Assembly: GCA_015680685.1 (NCBI GenBank)
Contig: MNCI01000268.1
Span: forward strand, 252,986-316,985
Source: Gnetum montanum
Lineage: Eukaryota > Plantae > Gnetophyta
Length of the DNA stretch: 64,000 nucleotides
Reading direction: 5' to 3'
Below, piece by piece: positions 26,217 through 38,452 of the stretch. The position numbers were made by a program, and so were the translations under genes. Numbering within the stretch: position 1 is the stretch's first letter; each line of letters begins with the position of its first letter. The notes under the pieces are model-generated. The model had not been told where the DNA came from and ran no database searches. It was given only the letters and a program-made list of their open reading frames with translations.

Positions 26217-29200
26217 ATGTCTTCTTCTCACAGGTGAGATGTATCCAACCCACTAGTGCCACAAGAATGTCAGGTGGTCTACATGCATCTAGATGAATAT
26301 ATACCCAACTTCACCTTCATCCTACATCAGGATGAACATTTTGCGATTGGCTCTTGGAATGCTATTTCACAATCTTGCCAGACTAGGCATCCAGGACCAC
26401 AGTGTGGAGTACGTCATGGAGGACCATGACTACTAGGACTATCGTCCCACTGAGGCCCAATGGGCACGAGACTAGGATAATGCAGAACGGTATGAACACA
26501 TGAAGGGGAAACAATTTAGTAACCCCTTATTCTTTCAAGGAATGCAGGACGATGGGGAGCCTATCTTTCACAATTCCCATTTGGCCGAACTTCCTCTAGG
26601 GCATTAGATCATTCAGTCCATCATCCAGAACAAGCAATCAAGTGACTGGGATCCCCAGGAGGATGGAGGATCACGTAGGAGAGGCCACGACACAAGCAAA
26701 GATGGGTAAGAGGATCAAGGCCGTCATCAAAGTAGAGGGGGAGATCAACATACGGGTAGTGGTGATTCCTCTCCTTCTTTTCCATCCTCTTTCTCCCCTC
26801 TACCTTCACCTAGTTCATACTCTGATCATAACTGTGGTAGAAAGGAGTGAGGTGATGGTGGTCGTAAGGATCAAAAGGAACGGCGTGAGAAAGTGCATGA
26901 CCAATCGCGCGAGGCACACCTTCATGAAAGGAGAGGCAGCCAAAATCATCATAGACATCGTGGTCCATAACAGGACTATGACTTAGATGAGCCATTGTTG
27001 GCTACTCGAAGCATGCTCTGTATCACCAAGGTAGTTCAAATACCCAACAGGCACTTAAAGGATAGCCGGATCAAACGCATTGACATGAACAACATCCCCA
27101 AATTTGAAGGGGAATACAATTTTGATCCACAAACTCACCTGCAAGAATTTCATAATGCTTGCACCCTGTAGAACATTGAAAATTATTGGAAAAAGCTTAA
27201 GTTGTTCCCTCACACACTCATCAAGGAAGTAGAGATCTAGTACTAGTCTTTGGAACCAGAATCAATTAGGAGATGGAGTACAATGCTGGATATCTTCAAC
27301 GACAAGTATCAAACCTACTCCAAAGTGGAAAATCTAACACGTCAAATCCAAGGCTGGAAGTAAGGTAATCGTGAACCTTTGGATGTAGCCATGAGTAGGT
27401 ACTATTCATTGTTACATCAGTTCCCTGGCCATGGCTACTCTCAACAGGCATAGTTTTGCCATATCATTAATGGGGTCTGCTTTGAAACTAGAAAGACCCT
27501 TGGCTTATACGCCCAGGGACGATTATTAGAACTAAGGGCCCATCAACTACAGCGCCTCATTGAGTAAGTGGCTAAAGAAGAGGGGGAACTTAGAAAGAAG
27601 GAAAGTGTAAAGGAGTTTAATTGGGATCCCTCCATCAAAAAAATGGAGGTTTGATTTTGTGAAGATGAGGAGGAATCACCACTAGATGCAGCGGTGAACC
27701 GAAAAACCTTGCCCCTACAGCAATTTGCCTCTAAAATATCAACAAAGGTTGAAAAAATGTGGGACTCTTTGGATGAAAAATTCCAAAATGTTTTGAAGAT
27801 CGCAGAGGAGTCTAGAGAGCAAGGTAATGATCATGATCGGTGTAGGAAGAAGGAAGCTAAACGTGCCCACCATAAGGGTAAGGGAAAAATTGTTGTAGTA
27901 GAATAGGTTGCAGACTCTGATACAAAGGAAGATAATGAATATGACATATGCCAATATGAACATCCTAAGGGGTGTTGTCCCATGCTGTTACATCTACAAT
28001 AGTATGGGATGTATGCATTGAACCCTCGTTTGGAAAAGAGACAAATACCCCGAATGTTACCTTACCCACAAGGCAATCCCAAGCAGTTCCACCAGCAGCA
28101 AAGGTATTATCTGAGTGGAGCACCACTACAACCTTATGGACACTTTCAGCAGTGGTAGCACCCACAAGTGTGGGGGATGCCACCTCCAAGGCAATAGTTG
28201 CCTTACCGACAACCAAATCCCTATGGGTACTATGTTCAGCAACCAATCTCTCCACGGGACTCTCCTAGTCATGCAACCTTTCAGAATTACTACCACCCCC
28301 TCGAAATAATTCTAACCTCAGTCTCCATCACCCAAGGAGGAAAGCCCACATCTTTACTATCCTCCTCTACCTTCTCCTATCATCCCTACTCAGCAGTACC
28401 CCACTCAGTTAACACCTGCTCCAGCTATGCAGGGGGAAATCCCACCACATCCATAGCAACGCAACGCTACGAGGGCTGTCAACCTACAACCAGCCCCTCA
28501 GCCAGGTGGAATGGAAGCTAAGCCATGGAAACATCCCTTTTTCGGCCCAATAACTTAAGCACACCCCCACACACACCTGTGGCTAGTTCCTCTGAACCTC
28601 AAACTGCCTCCACTATTCCACCCTTTGAGCAACCTTCAAACCAAACACCCTCCAACATACAAATGGTCATGCTCATACATGTAGTGACTGACTAGATCAA
28701 GGCAAGCCATCTTCCCTGAAAATTGACTAATCCAAGGAGTCCCCTCATTTATCTTCAGGTGGCAGGAAATGAGCCATGTAAAGCCCTTCTGGATTTGGGG
28801 TCAGAAGTCAATTTGATTTCACATGACATGTACAAGAATTGGAACCTACCCTTATTAAAGAAGAGCAACATTCAGCTCGAGCTAGTAGACCAATCCATTA
28901 CTATTCCCTTGGGCTTGGTGGAGGACATTGTGACCATCTTTTGTGGGTGATCCTATTTTGCTAACTTCCTTGTCATCCATGTTGAGAATTGCAAGGGGAA
29001 CTTCCCAATCATAATGGGAAGAGCCTGGATCAGCACAGTGGATGCAAGACTAGGACTCCAAGGTCTTTCCTTTGAAATTTCAAAGGAAAATCCTTTTGGA
29101 AAGATTGAGAAGAAGCGCGTTCCATGCATCGTGTACAGTGACTCTGGGTGCAATTGTGTGCAGCAACTGTGGTCTACTAAGCGGACATCTATTCAAGCAT

Positions 29201-32200
29201 GTAGTTCATGTACTGAGAAATCTCAAGTCCAATAATGCCTGTATGCAACAACCACAACTCAAGAAGGCACCCAGTGGCTGATCGTTAATCCTGCTAGCAG
29301 CACTCTATGCATGGAACCATATGAGGAGCTTATAAGCGCCTACATAGAAAGCATGGATCGATTTAAAGAGTTTTATCAACAAGTATCCATTGTTGATGAC
29401 CATGATGATTGGGAAAAGTTGCAAATCCCTAAAAGTTTCAAAAAAGAGCCCTTGGAACTCAAATCCTTACCAGCCCACCTAGAATATGCATTTTTGCATA
29501 ATGGAAAACTAGTGATTATCAATGCCACCTTTGCTCCTAAACAAAAGAGAAAGTTTCTGAAGGTGGTGAACAAATGGGAAGCTACTTTTGCATGGTCATA
29601 TCTTGAATTAATGAGAGTGGATCCCTGAGTTTGCCAACATTGGATTTATATTGACCCCTCCATGAAGCCACGAAGATAACCATAAGTCTGATTGAACCCC
29701 AAACTGAAGCAGGTCGTCAAAGATGAAATCAAGCAGTTGCTAGAAGCAAGGTTCATCTACTCTATTGCCAATAGTGAATGGGTCAGGCCACTTGTTATTG
29801 TGGCAAAGAAGGATGGCAAATGGAGGGTCTGTATAGATTTCCAATTTCTCAACATGGCTACCTTCAAAGATCACTTCCCACTCTCATTTGTGGACCAAGT
29901 TTTGGATACCATTGTGGGGCATCATTATTATAGCTTTTTGGATGGTTATAGTGGCTATAACCAAATCCAAATTGTGCTAGAGGACCAGGCCAAGACAACC
30001 TTCACAAGTCCATGGGAGACTTTTTCATACAAAAAGATGTCTTTTGGCCTGTGTAATGCACCTGCCACTTTCCAACGCCTTGTCCTCAACATCTTCCAGC
30101 AGCAAATTGGCAATGGGGTAGAAGTCTTCATGGATGACTTCTCTACCTATGGGGCCACATTCGATCAAGCCTTGGACTGCCTTGAGCAAGTTCTGAAAAG
30201 GTGTGTGGACACTAACCTACGGCTCAACTGGCAAAAAAGCCACTTAATGGTCCAGGAGGGCATTGTGCTAGGGCACCGTATTTCACAAATAGGGATTAGC
30301 ATGGATCCTAACAAAATCAGGGTCATCCATGGAATTACCAGGCAACCAAGCACTATAAAAGATGTTTGGTCATTCTTTTCCCACATTGGTTACTACTAGC
30401 ACTTCAACAAAAATTTCTCAAAAATCGCCAAACCATTGGTGGAACTCACAAAGAAAGATGCTCCATTCGTCTGGACCAGGGAATGTGAATCGACATTCCA
30501 AATGCTTAAACAGAAACTCATAGAGACTCTAGTTCTACGGGCACCTGATTAGTCTAGACCTTACCACATCATGACAGATGCATCCAACTATGCATTGGGA
30601 GTCATGCTTACACAGTGTCATGATCAAAAACATCCATACTATATTCACTGTGCAAGCCGTAGCATTGTGTTTTTCCAGCTTAATTACACCACCACCGAAA
30701 AGGAGTTGATGGAGGTGGTGTTCACCTTGGAAAAATTTCGACACTATGTGCTCAGGTATAAGGTGTTTGTGCATACTTACCATAGTGCCATCTAGTTCCT
30801 GATGAACAAACCAACGATGAGCCCCCGTATCATACAGTGGCTAGTGATTCTACAAGAATTTGACCTCACTATGGTAGATCGGAAGGGAAACAATAATGTG
30901 GTTGCTGACCACTTGTCTCAGTTATGATGGGATGATGCAAAAGAGGAGGAGCCCCTCTCCAACCAATTCCTAGATGAACTTCTCTTTGCGAGAGCGGTTG
31001 ATTTGCAAGTGCCCAAGGAATCACCTTGGTTCAGCCACATCCTCACCTATCTAACAACTTAGGAATTTCCAAAGGAGTGGAACCATTGGCATAAATAATA
31101 GTTTCTCCATAAGGCCAAGCGCTTCATGGAAATCAATGGCCACCTTTATAAGGTGTGCGTAGATGGCCTGGTTCGATGGTGTATCCCTGATGATGATACA
31201 CTACGCGTCCTTCAAGATGCTCATGAGGGCCCTTGTGGGGGCCACTATTCTAGATGATGCACAACCATTAAGATCCTGCTTGTAGGATATTATTGGCCCA
31301 CAATTTTTAGGGACACACAATGGTTCGCCCACTCCTGTGAACAATGCTAGAGAGACAGTGGGATGATTGCATAATTGGAGGAACCTCAATAGTGGATCCA
31401 ACCACTCGAGCCCTTCGACATCTAGGGTATCAACTTCATGGGTTCCATCACACCCCTATCCAACGAGAAAGTGTATATCATCGTTGTTGTGGACTATTGC
31501 ACAAAGTGAGCAAAGGCGGCAACCATCATCGATTGTTCCTCAAACACCATCACACGATTTGTCCAACAACAAATCGTCAACATGTTTGGAGTGCCACGTG
31601 CACTCATCTCATATAATGGAACACATTTCATGGGCACCACTTTTCGTAAACTCATGCAACACTTGGGGGTTACCCATAAATTTACAACACCTTATCACCC
31701 CCAATCCAATGGGCATGCCGAAGTCACCAATTGAGAGATCACCAAAATCCTCACTCGAACCATTAGTAAATATAGGAGGGACTAGAGCACCAAACTTAAC
31801 GATGCCCTATAGGCCTATCACTCCACTTGGAAACTTCCTATAGGTTACTCTCCCTATGAGTTAGTGTAAGATAAGTTACCAAAACTCTCAATCCAGGCAG
31901 AACTCTGGACACTATCCACAGCCAGTGACTTAGGTCTTAACCTACCACTAGCACAACGAGAACGACTTATCAACCTAAGTGTGCTAGATGATAATCGATT
32001 AGTGGCCCTATCTTCAAATGAGATCCACAAGGCCTACAATAAAAAACGTCATGATCTTAGGATTCAGAAGATAACATTTTGACGTGGAGATAAAGTGCTT
32101 TACTGGAACCCCACACATGTACCACAACCGACCAAGTTTTAAGCATTGTGGGAGGGACCTTACATTGGCTCTGAAACCTTCCCATCCGGGGCCTTGCTTA

Positions 32201-32290
32201 TACACAAACCTGAGGATCACTAGAACGCAGTTGGTCAATCGGCAACAATTAAAACCTTTCCATGAACTTCACCTAACCAGTGCTACTGCC
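26217..32290 (+). pseudogene. gag-pol: Degenerate gag-pol of element A
   Basis: Gag IPKFEGEYNFDPQTHLQEF..KLFPHTL; PR ALLDLGSEVNL; RT FLDGYSGYNQI/FGLCNAPATFQR/VFMDDF; RH TDASNYALG..NYTTTEKEL; INT DAHEGPCGGHY..YYWPTIF..SCEQC. Many premature stops. Confidence 0.95.
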
Positions 32291-33929
32291 TCATCGTCAT
32301 CACGACAGCCTCGTTCCATTTTTTGTGTCTCCTCGTTTCCACCCAGTCATGGGGGAGACCGTCCTCCATGCTAATCCATCCTACCAATCTCCCCATTGTT
32401 TTTGAAATTTTTTGTTTTACACTTTTTGTTTTACAACATCATTTGTACGTTTGCCAATTCTTACTAACTTTTCCTTTCTTTAATTACTTTTCCATTTCTT
32501 CATTGATTATTTATGCATGTGTGTGTGTTTAATTTTCAATTGGTTGCTAATAAGTCATGTTATGTTCATCAGGTGTCTGGCGCGAATGGTTTTCGTCGTG
32601 ATGGATCATGTAAAGTGGTCCACCTAGTTTATCTCGCTCCTACCCTCACATTATTGTTCTTGGACTTTACGTCTATTTTCATCTCATAAAATTAGTAGTG
32701 AGTCCACGTCATCCACCCATTCACCCACTCCATGGTTTTCCTTCTTTTGGAAACATGCAACCCCTTCACTTAAAAACATTTTAATTAATGTGTGACTTGT
32801 GTAGTTTCCAGACTTGGGGATGACCGAATGGTTTGAATTAGGTGTGACTTCAAGGGGAATGCAACATTCGTCATCCTTTTCTATCCCTTGGGTTGCCGGT
32901 GTGTCCTTACAGATTTTTTACCACTCCACATTCTTCTCTACAAGGAAGCTCCTGGGCAATTTGACCTTGCATGGTGTGGTCCTCATCGCAAAAATTCAAA
33001 AAACAAAAAAAATAAAAAATAAAAAAAACATGAGAATTCAAAGCACACCCCTTGGTCGAATGCATGCAACCAAGCATGGGTCTTTGCATGGTCTGGTTCC
33101 CACAAAATAATAAGAAAAATAAAAATAAAAACCTAAGTTTGTGGGAATTCAAAGCACACCCCTTAGACCGCCTCTCACGAGTCATGAAAACTAGTTATGG
33201 GACTTACTCCATCCCCTCTAACTTAGTCCCATCACTTCCTTTCTCTCACGCCTGTTGGAGTGGTGGTTCTCTATGGGTGCATTCTCGTGTACTTGGTGGA
33301 TGGACAAGGCTTCACATGTTGCTGTGATGTCACTGTATGTGGTTGGTTTTGGGTTTGAACTTAGGAACGGTTCTACCAAGTCACTTAACCACAACTTCAC
33401 ATGGGGTTTCATGTGACCGATGCTCGGAATTTCAATTCTCTCTCTCTCTTCACTCATTTCTCTCCATAACTCACCTCACTGTCCATCTTATGTTTTGAAA
33501 GTTATTTGTGATTTCCATGAACTTCTCATGCCTTGGCAGGTTCTCATGGATGGGAATATTAACTTACGGTCACCATTTCATGGCCCTAGGGCCCACGGAC
33601 TCTGGTGTTGAGGATATGTAAGGGCTACTGAGGCTACCACCTGCTATGGGGAGGACCCACTTGCATATTCTTGGTCCTGTTTGTTAGCCTCCCATCCTTT
33701 TGATTTCATGGTTGATTATTTTCATAATACCCATCGCTCGATTTCTTCTCTGTGGAGTTCTTTTTCCCCACGTTCTCCTACATTTGACTCTTTTTCTAGC
33801 CCAGTTTACCTTCCTCGTGTCCTCAGCTGCATTCCCAGTCTCTCAAGCTCTTCAACCACTCCAATTTGGAGTTTTAAATTCATTTTTTTTATTTTTTCTA
33901 GGTTGGTCAACATTGGTCAATGGGTGCGA

Positions 33930-34030
33930 CCCCCTACGTATACAGGGCCCCATATATGCAGTCCCCTGCATATACACGACCACGTATACGGGGCCCCGTC
34001 GACACAGCCCTTACTCCGTATATATACCCG
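33930..34030 (+). promoter_or_regulatory. Putative internal promoter of extra ORF: LTR-U3-like TATACG/GGCCCC/GTCGAC repeats followed by TATATATA (34019-34026)
   Basis: Same motif vocabulary as element A U3 (25180-25275) preceding its TATA (25286). Confidence 0.55.
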
Positions 34031-34435
34031 TTGTGCCATACACTTTTCATATTTGGAAAAAAACTTGGGGGGATATTTTGCCATTTTTTTGCCTTTCTTC
34101 TTCCCATGTACCTACGTTTCCTATCGCATGTCCACATCATCCTATCCTTTTCCTCTTATGCACCTGGAGCTATGCTCTCAATTGTGGGGGGTGAGGCCTA
34201 TTAGAAATTAATTAATTGATTAAGACTTCGCACCTTTTAAGGGAAGAAACGAAAACAATAGTTTAAACTCCAACTTATCCCTTATTGTTTTTGGTTCTAA
34301 CCCATCAACTAATACTCCGGGGGATCTAACGAGATGCATGTGTCAGCATCATAACTTAGTCAAACAGAGAAGGTGTATGAGGGCCATTTTGAGCAGCTTG
34401 TGCACAATCTAATTAGTGGTTATGTTTAATTACAG

Positions 34436-37277
34436 ATGGCACAAAAACCAAGGCATCCAAGGGGAGAAGGACCATCACAACCTAGGGACAAGCATCCATG
34501 AACGGGAAGAGGATGAGGCGTGCAGCATCCAAAACATGTGGAGGGCTCTCATGCAACTGGCCCCCTCTGTGAAGTACCTGATGTGGAATCTATCCATCAA
34601 ATTCCCGAAGAGGAGATTCCCAGCGAGCAATCACAAGGGGATGAAACTCTGGGGATAGCACCACGCTTGAGGTCACCCTGACCCAAGCATGTCTTGATGC
34701 TATCAAGCCACGAGAAGTGCAACGAATGGTCCTACAAGAGTTAAACTTTGGACCATTTCTCGAGAACACACCAGACGATGTGAGGCTTCAATTACAATAC
34801 TCTCCTATGTGGCCAATCATCACAACTAGTGGTGAATGGTACTTAGGAGAGACCTATCTCTTCTGGACAAATCAGCAACTAGGGTCCAGGGAAAGAATTA
34901 AGGACATCTATGTCTCTTACTCTGCGAAAGCAATTGCGCAAGCTCTAGGGTTGCCAAAGAATAGAGCAGATGTGGTGGAGATCCCGAAGTAAGCTGACCC
35001 CAAGGTAAAAGGGGAGTGGATCAGGTGGTGCTATGGGGTGGATTGCAAATAGTTTGGCACTTTGACCACCATGGAGAGAGTATATTCAAAGATTGTGTCT
35101 TACCAACTAAACCCAATGGTGAGACCCAGTAAAATCACTGCCTTCTCCACTCGTGCATGTGCTTCCTTAAGTGGGAAATTCCCAATGAGCCTCCCACAAT
35201 TGTTATTCTTAGAAATTGAAAAGAGGTTCGCTAAAAGCGAGCGTGGAAGATGGGCTCTCCCCTTTCCCTGCCTAATCAAAAAGTTATGCAAATGGGCAGG
35301 GATGGCATGGTATGCCAATGATACACTTCAGCATGCCCCGATTGCCTCATGGAGGAAAATGATGAAGGACAGGACTCCGGCCACTACACAAACCAAGGAG
35401 GAGTAGCAACCACCTCCACTGCCTACACAAACAATGAGGTCAGGTTTGCAAACCATCGCAGAGCACATAGGCGAAATCTAACAATCACTCTTGATCCAAC
35501 AAGAGTAATCTAGAAGGACAGGTGGAGGAGAAGATCCTTCAGTCTATCGCCCTACAATGAGCCATCTGGAGTAGGTGGCTTACTTTGTAAGTCTGCTAGA
35601 AAGGGCAGGGCCGATGTTCTCTATCACCCGAATGCAGGTACCCACAAGAGCTAATCCTAGCATCTAGGAGGTAATGGTATCCACACAATAGTTATTTCCT
35701 AAAATCTTAGGAAATGCCACTACTTTCTCAGTATGCTTGGAAGATGGCGAGGGGGCGACAGTCTTGGTGATGTAGCACCAAGGACAGGAGGTTGTGGCTG
35801 AAGTGGTTGCTGACACGATTGATACGGCTCTCAACACACTGGCGGCACCTATACCAAACATACATGGACTCGAAGACATACATGCATCTTTCGGGACTTC
35901 ACATAGCAAGATCGATGCAACCCAACATGAAGAGCTTTTGGACCGACTGGTGAAAACTAGAACCATTCCCGGATGTCTTCAACCTTCCGGACAACATCAC
36001 TACAACCCAATCGGAGCTGCTCTCAGAAAGGGGTAAGAGCCTCATCTTGGAAGGGCAACTTGAACATACTCAAGCTAATTGTCAATGCTTGGCAATAGAA
36101 GTTGCTCAATTAAGAACCCAACTTTCTGATCCAGCTCTCCTCAACCATGAGCTCACTAGAGATGAAACTTTTCAATAGCTTCAGATCAAACTTCAGATAG
36201 TTGAGGATGAGCAAGAGTTGGCGATCTTTGATAAGTCCTTGGTAGATGCTCATGCATATCATTTAAAAAAGGACTTGACAGAGGTTCGTCAGGAGAACGT
36301 CAGATTGACTGCGGAGGTTCATCGCCTGCACAATGTTGGTGCTGAAAATGAACACATGAAAAGCTTTATTCACCAACAACATGAAGAGCTAGCTAGGGTG
36401 AACGCTGATGTAAGGAGGTTGGCCATTGAAAATCAAAATTTTTCCATGGAGGAGTTTTGAGCCTTGCAACAAAAATCAGCCATTGAAATCGCCGCTTGGA
36501 AGAATGAATCCCTTAAGTTTTAAAAAGTTAAGAATCATTACAAGGACCAAGTGGGATTACAAAAGGAAGTGAATGAGAAACAAATTCAAGTCACAAAGGC
36601 TAAGATGAACCAAGTGCTCCAGCAACTCCGAGAAGGAGGCGAGGTATGCAACCCATCTTTGATGGGTTGAATTCCTACAACCAGGCTAAGATCTACCTCA
36701 AGGAACTGCAGATCGAGAAATGATAGAATACATGGAGTTGGCCAACCTTCACTACGCAAATCTGGCTATGCTAACAACTGCAGTCTAAATTGGAGAAGCA
36801 AGTGGCCACCTCATATTCTTTATACAAGGGTGAGCTCCAAGCATACAAGGTAACAAAATAAAAATTAGAAACAGCAAACGCAGAACTCGAGGTTCTCCAC
36901 ACGTATTTTGATAAACAACGTGCAGTCACAGAGAACTTGGCCCATCGAATGAATGACTACCAGCAGCTGCAGACATCAATTCGAGCATTCAACATTAAAT
37001 GAAAATAGTTTGTAGCCTGGTTCATCAATTTGAAAGAACTCTTCCCTGCGCTGTCGTCCCCTTGGGAGGTTCCATTCCCGGCACACATTGGTGAAGCTGC
37101 CTGGACAGTGAATGATTCCAAAAGCAAGGAGGAAAAATGAGGGTCCTCTTGGATGCTTTCCAGTTACCTCCAAAAGTCACAGCTACTGCAAGGCAGCCAT
37201 CATTTGTGCCACTACCACCACATGGGCCGGAGGCTGGTGAAGGTCCATTAGAACCACCACCCACAGGGACGGTGTGA
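34436..37277 (+). pseudogene. Extra 3' ORF of element A: env-like/plant transposon domain plus long coiled-coil and Pro-rich tail (~950 codons, disrupted)
   Basis: ttacag|ATG MAQKPRHPRG...; Athila env-like motif ALPFPCLIKKLCKWAG; heptad-rich LKKDLTEVRQENVRLTAEVHRL...ELARVNADVRRL; ends ...GEGPLEPPPTGTV*. Homologues at 10680-11507 and 60745-62738. Confidence 0.8.
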
Positions 37278-38452
37278 TCTTCTCCAGCAACTTTTACATC
37301 TTTCAACATGGCAGAGAATCCAATATCATCAAGGTGTTCAATTTTGTCTCTAAACACCACCATTTTGTAAATTTTCCTTCTCTGTACACTCGGGCACTTG
37401 GCACTTCATGTGTGTATGTATGTCATGTGTGCCAAGTCATGTCTATTGTAATAAAAATTCCATACCTTCCAAATTGTAAAGGAACTCAAGGACGAGTTTT
37501 TACTCAGTCGTGGGGGTATGATGAAGTGCTAAACAGTTGATGCGTTAAATAGGCCATGTATACGGAACCCCATATACAAGGCTGTGTCGACGTGGCCCCA
37601 TATACGTGGCCACGTCGATGCGGCCGCATCGACACATCCTTCCATGCGTCAACGTGGCCCCGTTTACATAGAGCCTATTTCAGCCTCTAAATAAGTGGGC
37701 TCTCGCCATACTTAGGTACCTTTTGGCAGTTGTAGCAAAGCTCTTGCAGTTTGTTTCCATGAGAGTTAGAATATTTTCCAAGTGCCAATAGTAGGTGTAA
37801 GAAAGGTGTCTGACTCTTTATTCGAGCATTGATGTACCTGAGCCCATTGGCGTGAACGACAATAAAGACGAGATTTTCAAGCATTCCTTGCAACAATTGG
37901 ACTTAGTCATTTAATGCATTTAATAGTTTAATATTTCTATGTTTTAATAGTTCATTAAGTCTCTATTGTTATTATTCTAATTGCTATTTCTCTTTTATAG
38001 TTCGTAGAAACCATAAGTACGACCATCTCGAACGTAAACCCAACACTTGGCAACCCAGCGACGCTTAACATCTGGTAGCCCAGTAGTGGTTAGGGGATGC
38101 TCAGGATGTACCCGGAAGATTGGATTGGATACTTATGTTAGGAAAAGTTAAGATATAGATTAGGATAATTATAGATTACATAATATTTCATTCCTTACTT
38201 TCCATTCCAAGAATGAGATGCTACAAGATAAAGTGAAAAAGCCATAAAAATCAGTTGCCTCAATCTCACTTAACCATTGCAATTAGAACATCACAAGTGA
38301 GGTTGGGAAGACAACGACCATTCTAACAAGAGGTTTTGCTGGTTAAGGTCTAGTGTATGCAAAGTGCTTACAGTCTATCGAATTCGACCGAGTCATGTGT
38401 GAATGCCTATGATTCGCATGGTTTGGATGTAGGGGTACCTAGCGGCTCATCA

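Larger units (their letters stand above)
25147..38452 (+). mobile_element. Full-length Athila-like Ty3/gypsy element A (13306 bp); LTRs 25147-26052 and 37519-38452; TSD TCTAT
   Basis: LTR pair TGATGAAG...CTCATCA. TSD tctat at 25142-25146 and 38453-38457. tRNA-Asp PBS, gag-PR-RT-RH-INT, 3' extra ORF, PPT gtcgtgggggta (37507-37518). Confidence 0.97.

Noticed and set aside
33681-34211. Overlapping 164-176 aa ORFs
   Set aside because: Low-complexity, pyrimidine-rich non-coding/promoter region with no recognisable domain and no counterpart in B or C.
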